A DNA stretch of 64,000 nt from Gnetum montanum (lineage: Eukaryota > Plantae > Gnetophyta). Below the pieces are notes generated by a model. That model saw nothing but the letters and a program-made list of their open reading frames with translations. It had not been told where the DNA came from and made no database searches. Location: assembly GCA_015680685.1 (NCBI GenBank), contig MNCI01000668.1:444231-508230 (forward strand), read 5' to 3'. Positions 1 through 13,754 of this stretch are shown here, in pieces. A program made the translations under genes and the position numbers. Every line of letters starts with the position of its first letter. Position 1 is the stretch's first letter.

Positions 1-159
1 ATTTCTTGATGACTTTCTAGATAATCATATTTGTAAGGTTATTTTAAATCAAAAAGAGAATGTCAATGCCCATGATACATGAACATTTTTAGTTACCATA
101 TTTCTCTTTGATCAGATAAATGTAAAATCCAACGATTCTAGCACTAGTTAAGGTCTTAC

Positions 160-1020
160 TTGGTTATCAAAGAGCATCTCTACAAGCGATGCCTTGATGG
201 CATAGTAAGGTGGTGTGTTCTTGATGAGTACCAAGATGATGTCTTATCTCACATGCACCATGGCATTTGTGGTGGGTACTTTGTTGGAAAGAGAACCTTG
301 AAAAAGTTCCATGATGTTCAATCCTTCATGTGTTGCTGTGATAAGTGCCAACGTGAGGGAGATATGTTCTCACATATGGAGGGACTATAGTAGTGGATCC
401 AACCATTGAAGCCCTTTGACATACTAAGGATTGAGTTCATTGATCTCATCTTTCCAATCTTTAGTGGCAAGACATACATCATTGTATGTGTAGATTATTA
501 CATGAAGTTGGCAAAAGTTGTTACTATTAATGAATGCTCATCTATCACTACAGAAAATTTTCTCCAAAACAATGTGATCCATAGGTTTGGAATCTCATAA
601 ATCTCGCTCTCTAAAAATGGAATGAATTTTACTATTAAGATTTTCAAGAATTTGTTGAAATCATGGAAAGTTAATCATAAGTTAACTTCTCCTTATCATC
701 CATAGGTTAATAGCCAAGTAAATGTTACTAATTATGAAATTTTTAGAATACTTAGAAAAATGGTTAATAGGTATAGAAGAGATTAGATTAATAAGTTTAA
801 TGACATCCTTTGGGCTTATCAAATAGCATGGAAAAATTCTATAGATTATACTTCACTTGAGGTAGTCTATGGATAAGTTCCATAACTTCCTATTGATCTT
901 GAGATGAAAACCTTAAATAGTGCAGTAGATTTTAATATGACCTTAGATTCTGCTCAGAAAGAAGGCTAATTAACCTCAATCTTCTTAATGAAAATCACAA
1001 AATTACCTTTATGTGTAGTG
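160..1020 (+). pseudogene. pol: Gypsy integrase (HHCC zinc-binding and core), frameshifted
   Basis: LYKRCLDGIVRWCV..MHHGICGGYF..CDKCQREG; KPFDILRIEFID..YIIVCVDYY..VIHRFGI; SPYHP*VNSQV. Confidence 0.85.
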
Positions 1021-1284
1021 TGTGGATCATTGAACTTATTCCTAAATGATCTATCCTTGGTCTTTCTTCATCTTCCTTTGCATGGTGAATTCTTTATTCC
1101 TTGTTCATAACCTTGTACTTCTATATGCTTCATATAATGACAAATTTGCTTGTGATTTATTTGGTCCTTGTCCATGTTCTTTCAATTCATGCATGTTCTC
1201 TTGAGACCTTGTGAATGACCTTCTCCTTTGAGTGCTAAACCAATTTGTTCCTTGTCATCAATGTACGCTTTATCTCATCTTGGT
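1021..1284 (-). repeat. Internally deleted 3' LTR of copy 1
   Basis: 1021-1038 matches 4217-4234; ~1090-1284 matches ~5100-5298. Confidence 0.75.
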
Positions 1285-2479
1285 AATTTGAATACTTTAA
1301 AATTTGAAATCAGCCATGACAAAAATTTAAATTCTTAAACCAGGAAGACATCTCAAGGCAAACTATACAAAGGATGTTTCAATCAAAATCATGGATACTT
1401 TACTATATATAGAATGATCATGTTTTTGCTCATATTGTTGTAAGAAATAATATCAATTATTTGCATTCTTTCATAGAAATATATGTACTTCTTGCTTTAG
1501 TTCATGCTTGAATATCAAATAGATGGACTGATGAGACATTGGAGATATGATCTCCAACTAATCTAAAAAGGACTAAAAACAATTAGTTTGATTCCAAAGA
1601 CCAAGGATAGATCATTTAGGAATAAGTAGCCTATCTAAATGAAACAATTGTTTCATTGAAACTTATATTTCTATACTCAACTAGAAATTTCTTACTTTTA
1701 AAACATCAACAAAAGGATATGAAAGCCATGAGAGAAACATGCATACAAGGCAATGTAGCAAACATAACCATTTATCAAAATTAAGATGATAATCATATTG
1801 ATAGAGAAATATGTATATATTCATATACCATCCTCTTAAAAGAAAAATACCTCTTGATGTTCTTATGTTGCTCACTTTGGAATATCATATTTTACTATTT
1901 GAGTATTTCTTGGATGAAGTCTCCAAAGACTTTCCCTACAATGGTGACCTCTAAGATTATGATGGATAATGAGGAATAGGCTCTCCATACAAATGTGTAA
2001 CTCTTTTTGGGCTTTTAAGATCAACTTGTAAACATTGTAAATCACCAAAGCACTTTAATTGCAAGTCAACATTAAGATCAAATGTGGAGACTAAGGCCTC
2101 CAATCAATAATATTGATAGAATATTTAGAAACTTATCTTATTTCATAAATGGAAAAATATCCCAAAGGGAATGAGCTTAGCAAATCATCATAAGAAGTTC
2201 TGATTGGATAAGACTGAAATAAGAAAGAAATCAAACTAAAAAATATTACAAGATAATGACCCAAAGGAAACCAATATAAGTGTTACACTAGATATTTCCA
2301 TAAACCAAATGCATTAATCCCAAAGATGAATGTAAGAGATGCTCTAAAAAATTATTCCACCATAATTCTAATCTAGGCAAGACACAACACTTTTTGACTT
2401 CTCAAATCATATACTTATAAACTAACTAGCAAGCAAAGAGATTAAACTTACCTTGACTTACCTTGCTTGCCAATGAGAA

Positions 2480-4161
2480 GAGAAGATTAATGGAGTTTAA
2501 TATGAAGTCCCCTATCATGAAGTACCTCCTCATCCTTAGGTTCTCTTTCATTAGATGGTATATATGATGTATGTATTTGTTCATGTTCTTTATGATAAAA
2601 CCATTGATCACTTATTGTATCATTTTTAATTCTCCACTTCTTTTCATTTTTAGCTATTGGTACCTACACAATTACCTTACCAAAGCATTTTTAACAAGAC
2701 CAAGCATTAATATTTCTTTGATTATCATGAGCATAGTTATGAGATTGCTTACTATCACAAGTTTTATACACAAATAAAGTATTTTTCTTATGATCAAAAT
2801 TATCAAAATTGACTATGCTTGAGCTTGGATTTTCATGCATAACTTCCTCCAAATTCTTTGACTATTTTTAGGAGTCTCATCTTCTTGAACCTTGCTGCAA
2901 TTCTTATTAAAAGAGGTTAGTTTTGTAATCTCAGATTTTATGTCTAAGATCTCATATTTCACTTTAGAATGGATAGCTTCTAGCGTAGCAATTACAAGTT
3001 TCTTTGCCTTCCTAATTAAATAATGTAAAAGAGAAATTTCTTATTTAAATTCACTATACCTTTTGTCACACTTACCCCCTTGTTCAGCCATATGAGAGGA
3101 ATTTTCATTTGTAAGCACCATGCATATGAGATGTGAATCTTTGGAAGAAAATGCATGATTCTTCTTCACTTTGCTCACCATCATCCCAACTTGTATAAAA
3201 GTTGGTCTTCTTTAATTCCTCATGGCTAGATTTATTCTTTGGTTGTACCTTTCTATCACTAGGACATTTGAAGGACATATGGCCTCTTCTTCCAAAAATC
3301 CAACATTCTATAGAAGAGAAATCTAAGTTAGAATTCAAAAAATGTTTACCTCTTTCTCTACCTTTGAATAAATTGGATCTTTGTTGAGATTCTCCCTTTT
3401 TTCTTCTTATTAGCGATTGTTGCAACTTTCTTGAGAGAAAGGCAATCTCATCTTCACTGCCCTCATCATGCTCATTGAACTCCTTCTCCTTGGAGGTAGT
3501 ATTTAAAGAAATAGGTATTTCTTGGATTCCTTCTTCTCTTATGAGATTCATTTCATAAGCAATGAGACCCCTTTAAAGATCTTCAAATTTCTAGGTTGAA
3601 AAATATCTAATTTCCTCCATAGCTGTGACCTTTGGTTTGAACTCTAGTTGTAGAGTTCTAATCATTTTAATGATGACATTGCTTTTGGGAAAATATTTTT
3701 CTATTTCTCTAATAGCTACAATAAGATCATTGGTTCTAGAGAAATAATCTTTTATTTTTTCACCTTCTTTCATTTTGAGGTTATTGTATTCACTTTGTAA
3801 AACTAAAAATTTTGATTACTTAACAATAGAGGTTTCTTCATAAGTAGCTTCTAAAGTTTGTCAAATTTATTTGGCCATTTTACATCTTGCTACCCTATTA
3901 AATTCAAATTTATTCAAAGGATAATATATACAATTTTTTTTCTTTTAAATTGAGCATGAACTTATCTTTCTCCTCTTGTGTCCATTTGGTGCAAGGCTTG
4001 ATGATGTTGGTGAAGTTTTCAACAAGTGGAGCATAGCCTTTAAGGATTAACTTCCACACTTCAAACTCCATGGATTCGAAGAACCCTTACATTCTAGCTT
4101 TCCAATAGGGAAATTTGAATCCATCAAACATGAGTGGCTTTGTGTAGGATGTCCCCTCCAT
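2480..4161 (-). pseudogene. gag: Copia gag (UBN2-type, zinc knuckle, coiled-coil tail), disrupted
   Basis: MKEGEKIKDYFSRTNDLIV..FKPKVTAMEE; degenerate knuckle CWIFGRRGHMSFKC; collinear with 10295-12180; lower bound approximate. Confidence 0.85.
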
Positions 4162-4202
4162 TGTTCATTCTTAAAGTTGATGATGACAAAGAAGAGTACC
4201 AA

Positions 4203-4214
4203 GCTACAATACCA
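4203..4214 (-). promoter_or_regulatory. Primer-binding site, tRNA-iMet-like
   Basis: Reverse complement TGGTATTGTAGC resembles TGGTATCAGAGC, 2 nt from the LTR end. Confidence 0.7.
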
Positions 4215-4216
4215 CT

Positions 4217-5398
4217 TGTGGATCATTGAACTTAGAAGGGGGTGGGGGATGGGGGGAATGAATAAGTTCCTTAAATTAAAATTCTTTGGACAAAGAACAC
4301 ACACCAAATTGAACATGGTTCCCCAACTTGGGTAGTCCACATTTAGAGGATAGAACACAAGCACATCTCTAGACTTTGTTACTCTCAAATGTGATTTGAA
4401 GGGTACTACACCTTGTACAAGATCTAAGCTCCACTTTGGAGTGTTGTGATGCTATAGCAACCACTCAGCCCCACAAGGTCTCAATACGCTTAGAATATGG
4501 TTTCTAGGCTCCCACAACCTTGACAATATTGAGCTCTACTCTAGAGTGTTGTGGTGCTACACAAACACTCAATCCCCCAGGATTAAGACAAGCTCAATCA
4601 AGATGCCTTCCTACAAGAAGCACATCAACCTCACAAGGTAATAAGGGAGAATAATAATTACAAAGGATGAATGTAACTTAGTTTGTTGATTCTTGTACTT
4701 TAAGGTACAACACACTTTACAATGGACAAATGATAATACAATGAGGAGTAATAGTACAATGATTGCCAAATGATTACACAATGATTGTATAAGAGCTTGC
4801 ATATTTCCCAATGAGAATGATGTCTTCTTATAGCCACTATATTTTTAAATCCATCTTGGAACTCGTGTAATGGCTAGATAATAGTCATGGAAGATGTCTT
4901 CTTTTTGATTGAGACACCTTTCTACATTTGGCCTCTATTTTGGGAAGAAATCTTCATTTGGGGAAGGATGTCTTTCTAAAATTGTGCCTGATAAAAGATG
5001 TTTGCTATTTTGGAGGTACATCTTTGCCTATTCATCCTTTAATTCTACTAAGACATCTACTATTTTTTGGAGACGTCTTTAGTCACCTTTGTTTGGATGA
5101 TGATTTCTCTATTCCTTGGTCATAACCTTGTACTTCCATATTCTTTGAATGATAATAACTTTGCATGTGAGTTATTTGGTTCTTGTACACATTTTTTGAA
5201 TTCTTGCATGTTCACTTGAGACTTTGTGGATGACCTTTTCCTTTGAGCTGTAAACCAGTTCATTCCTTGTCATTAATGTAGGCTTTATCTCACCTTGGCT
5301 TCCTATGTATGTTGTCCTACAAAAAGAAAAATCATAAAACCAACAAACAACCTTTGACTCCATTTTACTTAACATTCTAACATACAAAAAGGTACACA
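4217..5398 (-). repeat. 5' LTR of copy 1 (~1.18 kb)
   Basis: TG..CA ends; reverse complement is homologous to 13755-14970; AAGACGTCTT-derived repeats at ~4817-5080. Confidence 0.85.
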
Positions 5399-5403
5399 CA
5401 ATG

Positions 5404-5660
5404 AACTTAGAACATTCTTACATAAAGGCTTATCATAATTTTTGTGTCTTGACCTCAAAATTGATGATAGGATCTTCTATTTTAAGTTACTCCACTTGGT
5501 TGATTTGGGTAAGTTTCAATTTCAATGGGAAGGAGCATATATTATTTATACTAATAACCAATCTATCATAGTCCACATTTATAATCTTGATGAGGAAGAG
5601 AGAATCATTTTGGTTAATGGACAACACTTGAAGAATTATAAAGAATATCTTGTGTTCTAA
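5404..5660 (+). pseudogene. pol: Gypsy integrase C-terminus, continuation after the Copia insertion
   Basis: LGKFQFQWEGAYII..LVNGQHLKNY, the typical non-chromovirus integrase tail. Confidence 0.8.
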
Positions 5661-8513
5661 TCTTAGAGGTCTATAAGGTGATAAACATGAATTATTTCTA
5701 AGGGAGAATCCTCCATGTCATGTTAAATTTTTTTTGTTCCATTCTTCTATTGTACTTATGTGTCTTAATAAAGTTTGTGTGTTTAGTTAGTACTCTTTAT
5801 ATTTTTGAGCTTAACAATCAATCATTCATGATTTTTACCTTCTCTTAAGCATGTTCATGTGTATGGAAAAACTAATGAATGTGATTTATAAATGCTTGCA
5901 TAAGAAGACAATGGTGGATGTGTGGGTTACAGATGTGGTGATGATGAAAGAGTGCTAAATGGATCTAATGTGGAGCCTTGATTGATGAAATGTTCATACA
6001 AAAAAAAATTCATTATTCATTTTCTTTTATCCATCTTTGATCAACCAAGATCAAATTTAGTTGGGAGCTTAGATTTACATTGCCAGCTAGTGAAGTTGAT
6101 GCTATTGGAACCATGGGCATGTGATGGATTCACATCTTAGGATGTGAGCTTTAGATTTCTTAGAAGAGTGCTTCATCACACGAAGAAAAGGATATGACAT
6201 CAAGGGTCCTTATGACCATGAAATGGGTTTAATCAATGTGATTGGCTTAAGGTGCATGTGTTGCCTTTCCTAGCCACCATGGTTAGAAGAGGGTTGTAAT
6301 CTTGCAAACCCATGCATGTAATTTGGTGAGGGATGAATTTTCCTATCATCCATGTTAAAGAATCTAGATAGTGATACAACACTCAAATTAGTTCCATAAT
6401 CGTCACACAACATTGAAAACTATGTTCTCATGGAAAAAAGAAAAAAAATAAAAATATAAAAATTTTGAAGAAAAAGAAATAAAATAAAAGAGAAAAAAAG
6501 GTAAGAGAACATGAAAAGTAAAGAGATAAAAAAATGAAAATTTAAAAAAATAAGAAGAAGAGATGATGTGAAGAGTAATGTAATCTTACTATTATTGGCC
6601 CACACAAATTGGTACTTTTATCATCTTGGATCAATCATGTAATTACTCAAATAAGCTAGGCAAGCAATTGAACCAATACTCATATAAGCCTTTTTCATGT
6701 TCAAAATATTTTTTAGATTACTTGAATTCTAATGTAATAGTTCATGATAATATTCTACTTCATCCCTACTCATGGCCATGAAGGCCCAAAAGTCTCTTTC
6801 TTAGGAAACTTTAGTAACATTAATTAGTACATTCACCCAATTTCTAAATCCATTTGTCTTCAAGGGTCAAAATTTGCAATCATTGATCCATATCATGATC
6901 ATCTTCATAGTCTTTTAGTCATGGTGATGTAATCTCTATTGGGATTAAGATTGGTGAACACACTTGGAGGGATATATGGGAGGATTTTGGTAGATCAAAA
7001 TTCAAGGAATCTACCATGCATACATGCATGGATGGAGGAAAATCAAACCTAAATCTTAACTCTTGGATGTTTTGTAGTCTATTAGCTTGCTTTGATTTCA
7101 CCAAGGGTTAGATTGTGCAATAACCAAGGCTAGATGATAGTGGTTGTTGTAGGTGTGACCTTGCACTTGGAAGGGAAATTTGAAAAACTATTCTTATCAA
7201 GTGAGTAAGTAACAATGATGGGACATGATAGTGGATCTCTCATAGTATGTAGGATGTGCTTATGTGCTTTATGAGCTAATTGAATGGTTAGTTAGAGATC
7301 CAATGATGTTGCACAATCTCTCCCTCTCTTATCCATCATGCCTTCTTCATTCATTCCATTTCATTTCTTATCCATTATTATGCATGATAGGAAATTAACA
7401 CAACAAAGTGGAGGATAGGATTGATCATTCAAGGGAATAGACTTGCCTTCGATGGTAATATCTCACTGGTTTATGGGAATCCATAGGTGTCCCATCAACA
7501 AGTTTTACAAGGGTGATAGAGGCAAGATCCTACTATGGGAAGTATCCATTTGTGAATCCTCGATGACATGGATTTGTAAGCAAGTGGACTCAATATTAAC
7601 CCTCAAGGTAGTGATGATTGCATGACATAAGATACTTAGTTGATCTTTTACATGTGAGGTTGCAACTTAATGGGCCTAATGATTTAACCAAGACTATCAT
7701 CCTTCACTTTCATTTTTTGCCTACACATTTGATAATCTTGATTTTCCTTCATATTTGCATCATAAGTTTTTAAACTCTTTTTGGTTTATTGTCTCACATG
7801 TTTACATCTATAGTTGTTATGCCAGTGTTCTCCAATGCATGCTATTAGTTAATGTTTTCTAGAGTGGGTATCATGCAACTCAATTATGGGGGATAGATAC
7901 CATTGGATATGTGATTTTTTATCTTATTTTGTTGTCATATTCATGTATGTGTCTAGTGTTGGGCTGTAAAGTCGTTCTTCTTGTGGTCCTTAGGGATTAT
8001 ATTTATCATTGTTTTTGCACATAATTTTTTCAATGGTGATTTAATGCTTAAGGATTTCACATGATTCTTAGCATCATTTTAGCTAGTATGCCTTAGTAGC
8101 TATACCCTTGAGCTTGTGGGGATAACATCCTTAGTACCACTTAGAGAAAACTTGCTTAATCTAGAACCTGAGAGCCTCCCATGAAAGGTAGATTTGGAGT
8201 TGAAGTGATCATGTCCAAGAACCACAAGAGGGATATACACAACAATTAGTAGCTAAAGATAAACTCAATAGGTTATGCCAAACATCATACATCACATGGC
8301 ATTTTCAATTCCTTAGATGTGCCAAGGAACTTTCCTTATTAGTCCTCACTCTTTAGCCTCTATCTTCTCAAAGTGATAGTTTTGTAATGAGTTCTATGTC
8401 AAAGTATTTGTATAATTGTATTTCTCCATATTGACCTTTCCTTGTATATAGTCATAGTCATTGTGTTTTAAATATTAAAGTTACGAGACTAGATTTATCT
8501 AGTCATGGAGGAA

Positions 8514-9752
8514 TGATGAAGCATCTAGTAGCAATTTATATGTCGGTTATAAGCTCTCAATATGAGGAAGTGTTTTATGTACCTTGTGTTTGTATTTTAG
8601 TAAATTTGGTTAAGGTTATTGGTCCTTGGCAATGCATTCTTGTCTTTCATGTTACATTATAAAATTTCATGCATGGTTCTAGGTGATTTAGATTATTTTG
8701 GCTTCATTTAGATGTCCCAGGGCTATTTTGACATGTTCCTTTAGATTTCAGCTTATTCTAGTAGAAAAGTAATTAGTTGTGATAGATGTGAAGGTTGGGG
8801 GGTGGGGTGATGCAGGTATGTTGACTACCCTATACTAGTGCACCCCTTGTGTTAGCACAAGGGTGCCAGTACATCCTCTACTTGGTCATGCATGACTTCC
8901 CTTACCTACAATGTGACTTTGGGTAGCTAGTATGACATTGACAAGCCTTAATTAGCATCTAGGTGTTGATGAACTCTTTCTATTCCCATGTGAAAACTAT
9001 AAATACCCAAGAAGAGTTGTCACACATAATTTTATTTAATCATTTCTTGGACTTGTGATTTCAAATTTTGTATCAAGAGCTATTTTTCCCTTAGATAAGT
9101 TAATTTCCTTTCCTATGTGTTTGTGTTTTAAGTTATCAAATTTACAAGTGTGACTAGACTTTGTCAGAGTATTGTCCTATTTATGTAGTTGAGAATCATT
9201 TGGTCAATGTGGACTATAGTGTTTTTATAGTGACTAAACTTTATGATTTCTCCTCCCTTTAACTATTGATTCCTTAAATCTTTAAAATATCAAAAACATT
9301 ATAAAACATTAAAATCATAAAAATATTTATTTAATTCTTATTCTTTGCAATGACTCAACCATATTCAAGAAGATCAAAACTATATGACATGATGTTAGGC
9401 CATTGAGGTTATGGCTAAGAGCACTTTATTTGCATTTCATATGTAGTGTTACACTTGTTCCTTGATGGATTGCAACACATATGTATGTGTATGTGTGTGA
9501 ATGAGCATTTCCCCTATTCCTTGAGGGATTTGTATACATGTGTGTGTTTTTTTATTTCTTGTAAATATAAAATTCATAAAATTCATACAATATAAAATTA
9601 CAAATACTTTCTCCTCTACCATGGAAACATGGATTTTATTGTATCATATGTATTATAATATCTTTTATATTTTCTTAAATGAAATGATATATATGAGAAT
9701 TCTTGGTAGTTCACTCAACATCATTTTCAAAGATTGTAACAGGATTGCATCA
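8514..9752 (+). repeat. Probable 3' LTR of the Athila-like element
   Basis: TG start after PPT-like tract; hairpin gcaccccttgtgttagcacaagggtgc near 8840; TATA ctataaata near 8997; end uncertain and no second LTR in window. Confidence 0.45.
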
Positions 9753-10244
9753 TGATTTTAATGTTAATTCCATTGGTTCAAGACCAATAGGATTCCTACC
9801 AAAGCAACACTAATCTTCCTTTTTCCCTCAATCTTCTCTTTGAGTATGGATAATATTTAAAACATTTATTTAATTTAGCAATGCAATTTTCTAATCATAT
9901 GCTTCCATGATGCAACTAGAAATTATTTGAGAGTAGTTGCATGTAGATATCTTGTTTTATGTCTTGTAATGATGCTATGATAAGATTTTCAAATTTATTA
10001 GTGGGGTTAAGTGGATTCATAGTGTTGAATCACTTTGAAGTAGAGGTTAGAGCTTGTATAGGGTGTGGTACCATTCAAAATGCATTTGAAAGTAATAAAG
10101 TTTAAAGGTGTGCTTGCAAACTACCCACCTAGTGTGGACTACCCAAGTTGGGAAACTATGTTAAATTTGGTGTGTGTGATATGTCTCAATGAATTTTAAT
10201 TTAGGAAAATTATTCATCCCCTTCTAAGTTCAATGGTCCTCAAG

Positions 10245-10256
10245 TGGTATAAGAGC
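10245..10256 (+). promoter_or_regulatory. Primer-binding site, tRNA-iMet
   Basis: TGGTATAAGAGC, 2 nt after LTR end ..gtcctca. Confidence 0.85.
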
Positions 10257-10294
10257 TTGGTACTCTTCTTTATCATCAACTTCAAGAGTGAATA

Positions 10295-12180
10295 ATGGAG
10301 GGGATATCTTATACAAAGCCATCCATGTTTAATGGATTAAACTTCACCTATTTAAAAGCTAGGATGAAAGGATTCTTCAAATCTATGGAGTTCAAAGTTT
10401 GGGAGTCCATCCTTGAAGGCTATACACCTCCTATCGATAGCATAACAAAAGTGGTTAAGCCATGCAGCAAATTTATTCAAGAAGAAAAAGATAAATTCAT
10501 CTTTGATTCTAAAGCAAAAATTTATTTACATTATGATTTGAATAAATCTGAATTTAATAGAGTAGCTGGTTGTAAAATGGCCAAAGAAATTTGGGTAACT
10601 TTAGAGGCTACTTATGAGGTAACTTTAATAGTTAAGCAATCTAAACTCTTGGGTTTGCAAAGTGATTACGATAAGCTCAAAATTAGAGAAGGAGAGAATA
10701 AAAGATTATTTATCTAGAGAAAATGATCTTGTTGTGGCTATTAGAGATACTATTAAAGATTTACCTGAAAGTGATGTCATATTTAAAATGATTAGAACTT
10801 CCAACTAGAACTTAGACCAAAGGTTACCACCATGGAGAAGATTAGAGACTTTTTTGTTTTGAAATTCTAAGAGCTTCAAAGTGCTTTTATTTCTTATGAA
10901 TTAAACCTCATAAGTGAAGGTGTTATTCAAGAAAAACCTGTAACCCTAAAATCAACCTCCAAAGAAAAGGAATCTGCTAAATAAGATATAAGCAATGAAG
11001 AGGAGATAACTCTTCTCCTAAGAATGCTACAAAGTCTTATGGTAAGAAGAAGTAAAAATTTCAATCAACAAGGATCTAATCAATTTAGAGGTAAAGAACA
11101 AGGTAAGAAAAGTAATAGAACTTTTCCAAATTCTAACTTTGATTCCTCTTCAATAGAATGTTGGGTATGTGATGGAAGAGGACATGTAGCCTTTGAATGT
11201 CCTAGTAATCGCAAGTTATAGTAGAGGGATAGAAATGATGAGGAGATGAAGAAGACCAACTTCTATTTAAGTTGGGATGATGGAAAGAAAAATGCAAAAG
11301 AAGTGGATGATGATACTCAAGATTCACACCTCTTCTATATGGGCCTTACAAATGATGATGTCAGCTCCTTAGATGATGAACTAAATGAGGAAAAAATGTT
11401 TGATTTGTTATGTAATGAATTATTATCTTTTCAAAATCTCTATAATAAGTTGAATAAGCAAGTTAAGAAAAAATATCATGAGATCTCTCTATTAAATTCA
11501 ACAATGTCCAATCTTACAAAATAACTACTAGGCCTAAGTGTTGAGAATGGAAAACAAACCTTGTCTTATGATTAGGCTAAAGTGGAAATTACAGATGTCA
11601 AATTTGTAAATGAAAGGTTGGTTAAAGGGAAAGAGTCACTTTGAATGGTTCTTGGACAAGGAAGAATTCCAAAAGATAAAACTGGACTTGGATGTTGTTC
11701 CCAAGAAGAAGAACCTACACAACTTTCATCCCATCTAAAGGAATCTCTAAGTAGTAAGGGTACTACATTAGAAGAAGCTCTTATCCATAAAAAGACTCCT
11801 AAAAGGCTTGATCATTTTAATCACTCTTACTACAATAGGAGGTTTAGATGTTATTATTACAATAAGTTTGAGCATAAATAATGGGAGTGCAATTTAAAGT
11901 TTTATCATATGAATACCTGGTCATATCATAAGACTCCTTGGTCTTATCAAAATGGATTGAGAAAGGAATTTGTGTAGGGAAAAATGGATTGGAGGAGAGA
12001 TCACAAAGGAGTCAAGAAATTTTGGAGGATCAAGAGGAAGGAACCTAAGAATGAGAAGACACTCTCTAGCCAAATTGTGAAAGGGAGGCAACCTTAGAAA
12101 TTGAAGAATTCTATGAAAGAAGAGAAACCTCAAAAGAGGAATCTCATTCTCTAGCACTCTAGCGACCTTTATTCTTAGTT
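10295..12180 (+). pseudogene. gag: Copia/Sirevirus-type extended gag
   Basis: PSMFNGLNFTYLKARM..VWESILEGY; AKEIWVTLEATYE; CWVCDGRGHVAFEC (CX2CX4HX4C); coiled coil; DKTGLG motif. Confidence 0.9.
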
Positions 12181-13660
12181 GAAAGTAAGGTAAGTCAAGG
12201 TAAGTTTTTATTTCATTTCTTGCTAAATATTTTATTAGTATTTAATTTGGAAGGACTAAATCATGTTGATGTGTGCTTACTTCATTTCAAGCTATGGGAT
12301 GTTAGCTTTAGTATTCTCTAGTTTTAAGATAAGTGCTTAAAAGAGAAGATATTTGATACTATTAGAACATTTTAAATTATGGTATCTCTCATGTATGTAT
12401 GAGCATGATGTGATTAATCTTATAACTAAATGAAAGTTTGTGGTACTTGTAAAATTTTAAAAAAATTTATTGGAAAATCATCTTTTGATATATTAGTTTC
12501 AAGTGATTTAAAATCCTTACATAAATTTCAAGAACTGATAAGCTTTTTGCTTTAAGATATGAGTTTGTTTAAAAATCATAAAGTTAAATTTCTTTTAGAA
12601 GATTTTTGCTGTATGATAATTGAAGAATTTGAATTAGTACCTTCAGTGCAATTCATGAATCTTCTAAGAAAAATATCATTGCAAAAGGAAGCATTATGAA
12701 CTACTATTAATAGGAGACTCTAGTCTCCATATTTGATCTTAACGTTGATTTGTAGGGATAGTAGTTTGATGAGAAAAGAACAAGTTGATCCAAAAGGACC
12801 AAAAGGGAGCATTAGAATCTACACATATGCAGAGGGAGCCTATACCTAATCCAAGAGGCCATCAGTGTAGGGGGAGTCTTTTGAGGCTTTTACCAAAATG
12901 CACTCAAGTAGCAAAACTTCATATTTAAACTCACCCTTAGCTAAAAATGAGCAAGGAAGAGCATATTCATTTGGAAATGTTGTAAAATATGACATTTATT
13001 AACTAAAGATGAACTTTTATGATGAAAGCTCCTGATGCTTATATGTCATATAAACTTACCTATGAGATCTATTTATTGTCTAACATTTTGTATGTTGACA
13101 ATATATCTTTTTAAGTACCTAATGTCCTTACATTGAGACATACTTGAAAAAGTGTTGTACTAGAATAGGTGTTCATGATCTCTTTTGGTAAGATATGAGG
13201 TATATCCATATGCTATTTTTTTCCTTTAACATGATTATCATATATTAGCTTATGAATCTTCTTTCAGATAAAAAATGATTGGTTGTGTTTGATGCATTGC
13301 TTTGTCTTAAAAGCTAAATATGCATTTGTTTTTACTCACCTACCATGAAATTTCTATTCCTTATCCTTTTATTAATGTTTTACAAGTAAGAGAATACTCA
13401 ATGAGTATAGAATCATGAAATATATGTTTTAATAACTATGATTGAGCACCATTGGGATTTGGTGGACATATTTAAACTAATATCATGGGAAATATTGGAA
13501 TTTATATGTCTTCATTTTTGTACATTATCCTTTCTATTCCTATCCCATAATGGGGAGAGTTTTTCTTTTGTGATATTGTTCATGCATACTATATGAAGTT
13601 ACTCTTTTATGGTATATCTTTAAGAGAAAAGTTTATATGCATCATCCTTTTTGGTCATGT

Positions 13661-13754
13661 CCAAAAAGGGGGAGAAGTAGCTTATGTATTATGATATTAT
13701 AATAAATACTAATCCATTTTCTTAATTTTTAAACATTACCAAAAAGGGAAAGAT
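13661..13754 (+). promoter_or_regulatory. Repeated polypurine tracts (Sirevirus-like)
   Basis: ccaaaaagggggagaa at 13661 and ccaaaaagggaaagat abutting the LTR TGTTG. Confidence 0.75.

Larger units (their letters stand above)
1021..5398 (-). mobile_element. Gag-only Sirevirus-like Ty1/Copia LTR element, copy 1
   Basis: LTR end tgtggatcattgaactta at both 1021 and 4217; PBS; gag; degenerate TSD tagtg (1016-1020)/caatg (5399-5403); no pol motifs in the interior. Confidence 0.8.
1..9752 (+). mobile_element. Athila-like Ty3/Gypsy LTR retrotransposon, 3' part (integrase, long 3' non-coding region, 3' LTR); 5' part outside window; interrupted by Copia at 1021-5398
   Basis: Integrase remnants either side of the insert; PPT/LTR junction agtcatggaggaa|tgatgaag (8501-8521) matches agtcgtgggggta|tgatgaag at 53076-53096; right end at ttgcatca (9752) is tentative. 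Confidence 0.65.

Noticed and set aside
1527-1660. ctgatgag..gaaac as a hammerhead core
   Set aside because: No helix II pairing, spacing too long, no cleavage-site helices
6420-6605. Hydrophobic membrane-protein-like ORF (also 46420-46733, 58484-58735, 62732-62983)
   Set aside because: Translations of A/T-biased sequence or antisense shadows of TE frames; no domain support
5660-8500. Athila env-like gene
   Set aside because: No long ORF or recognisable motif; only non-coding islands are visible
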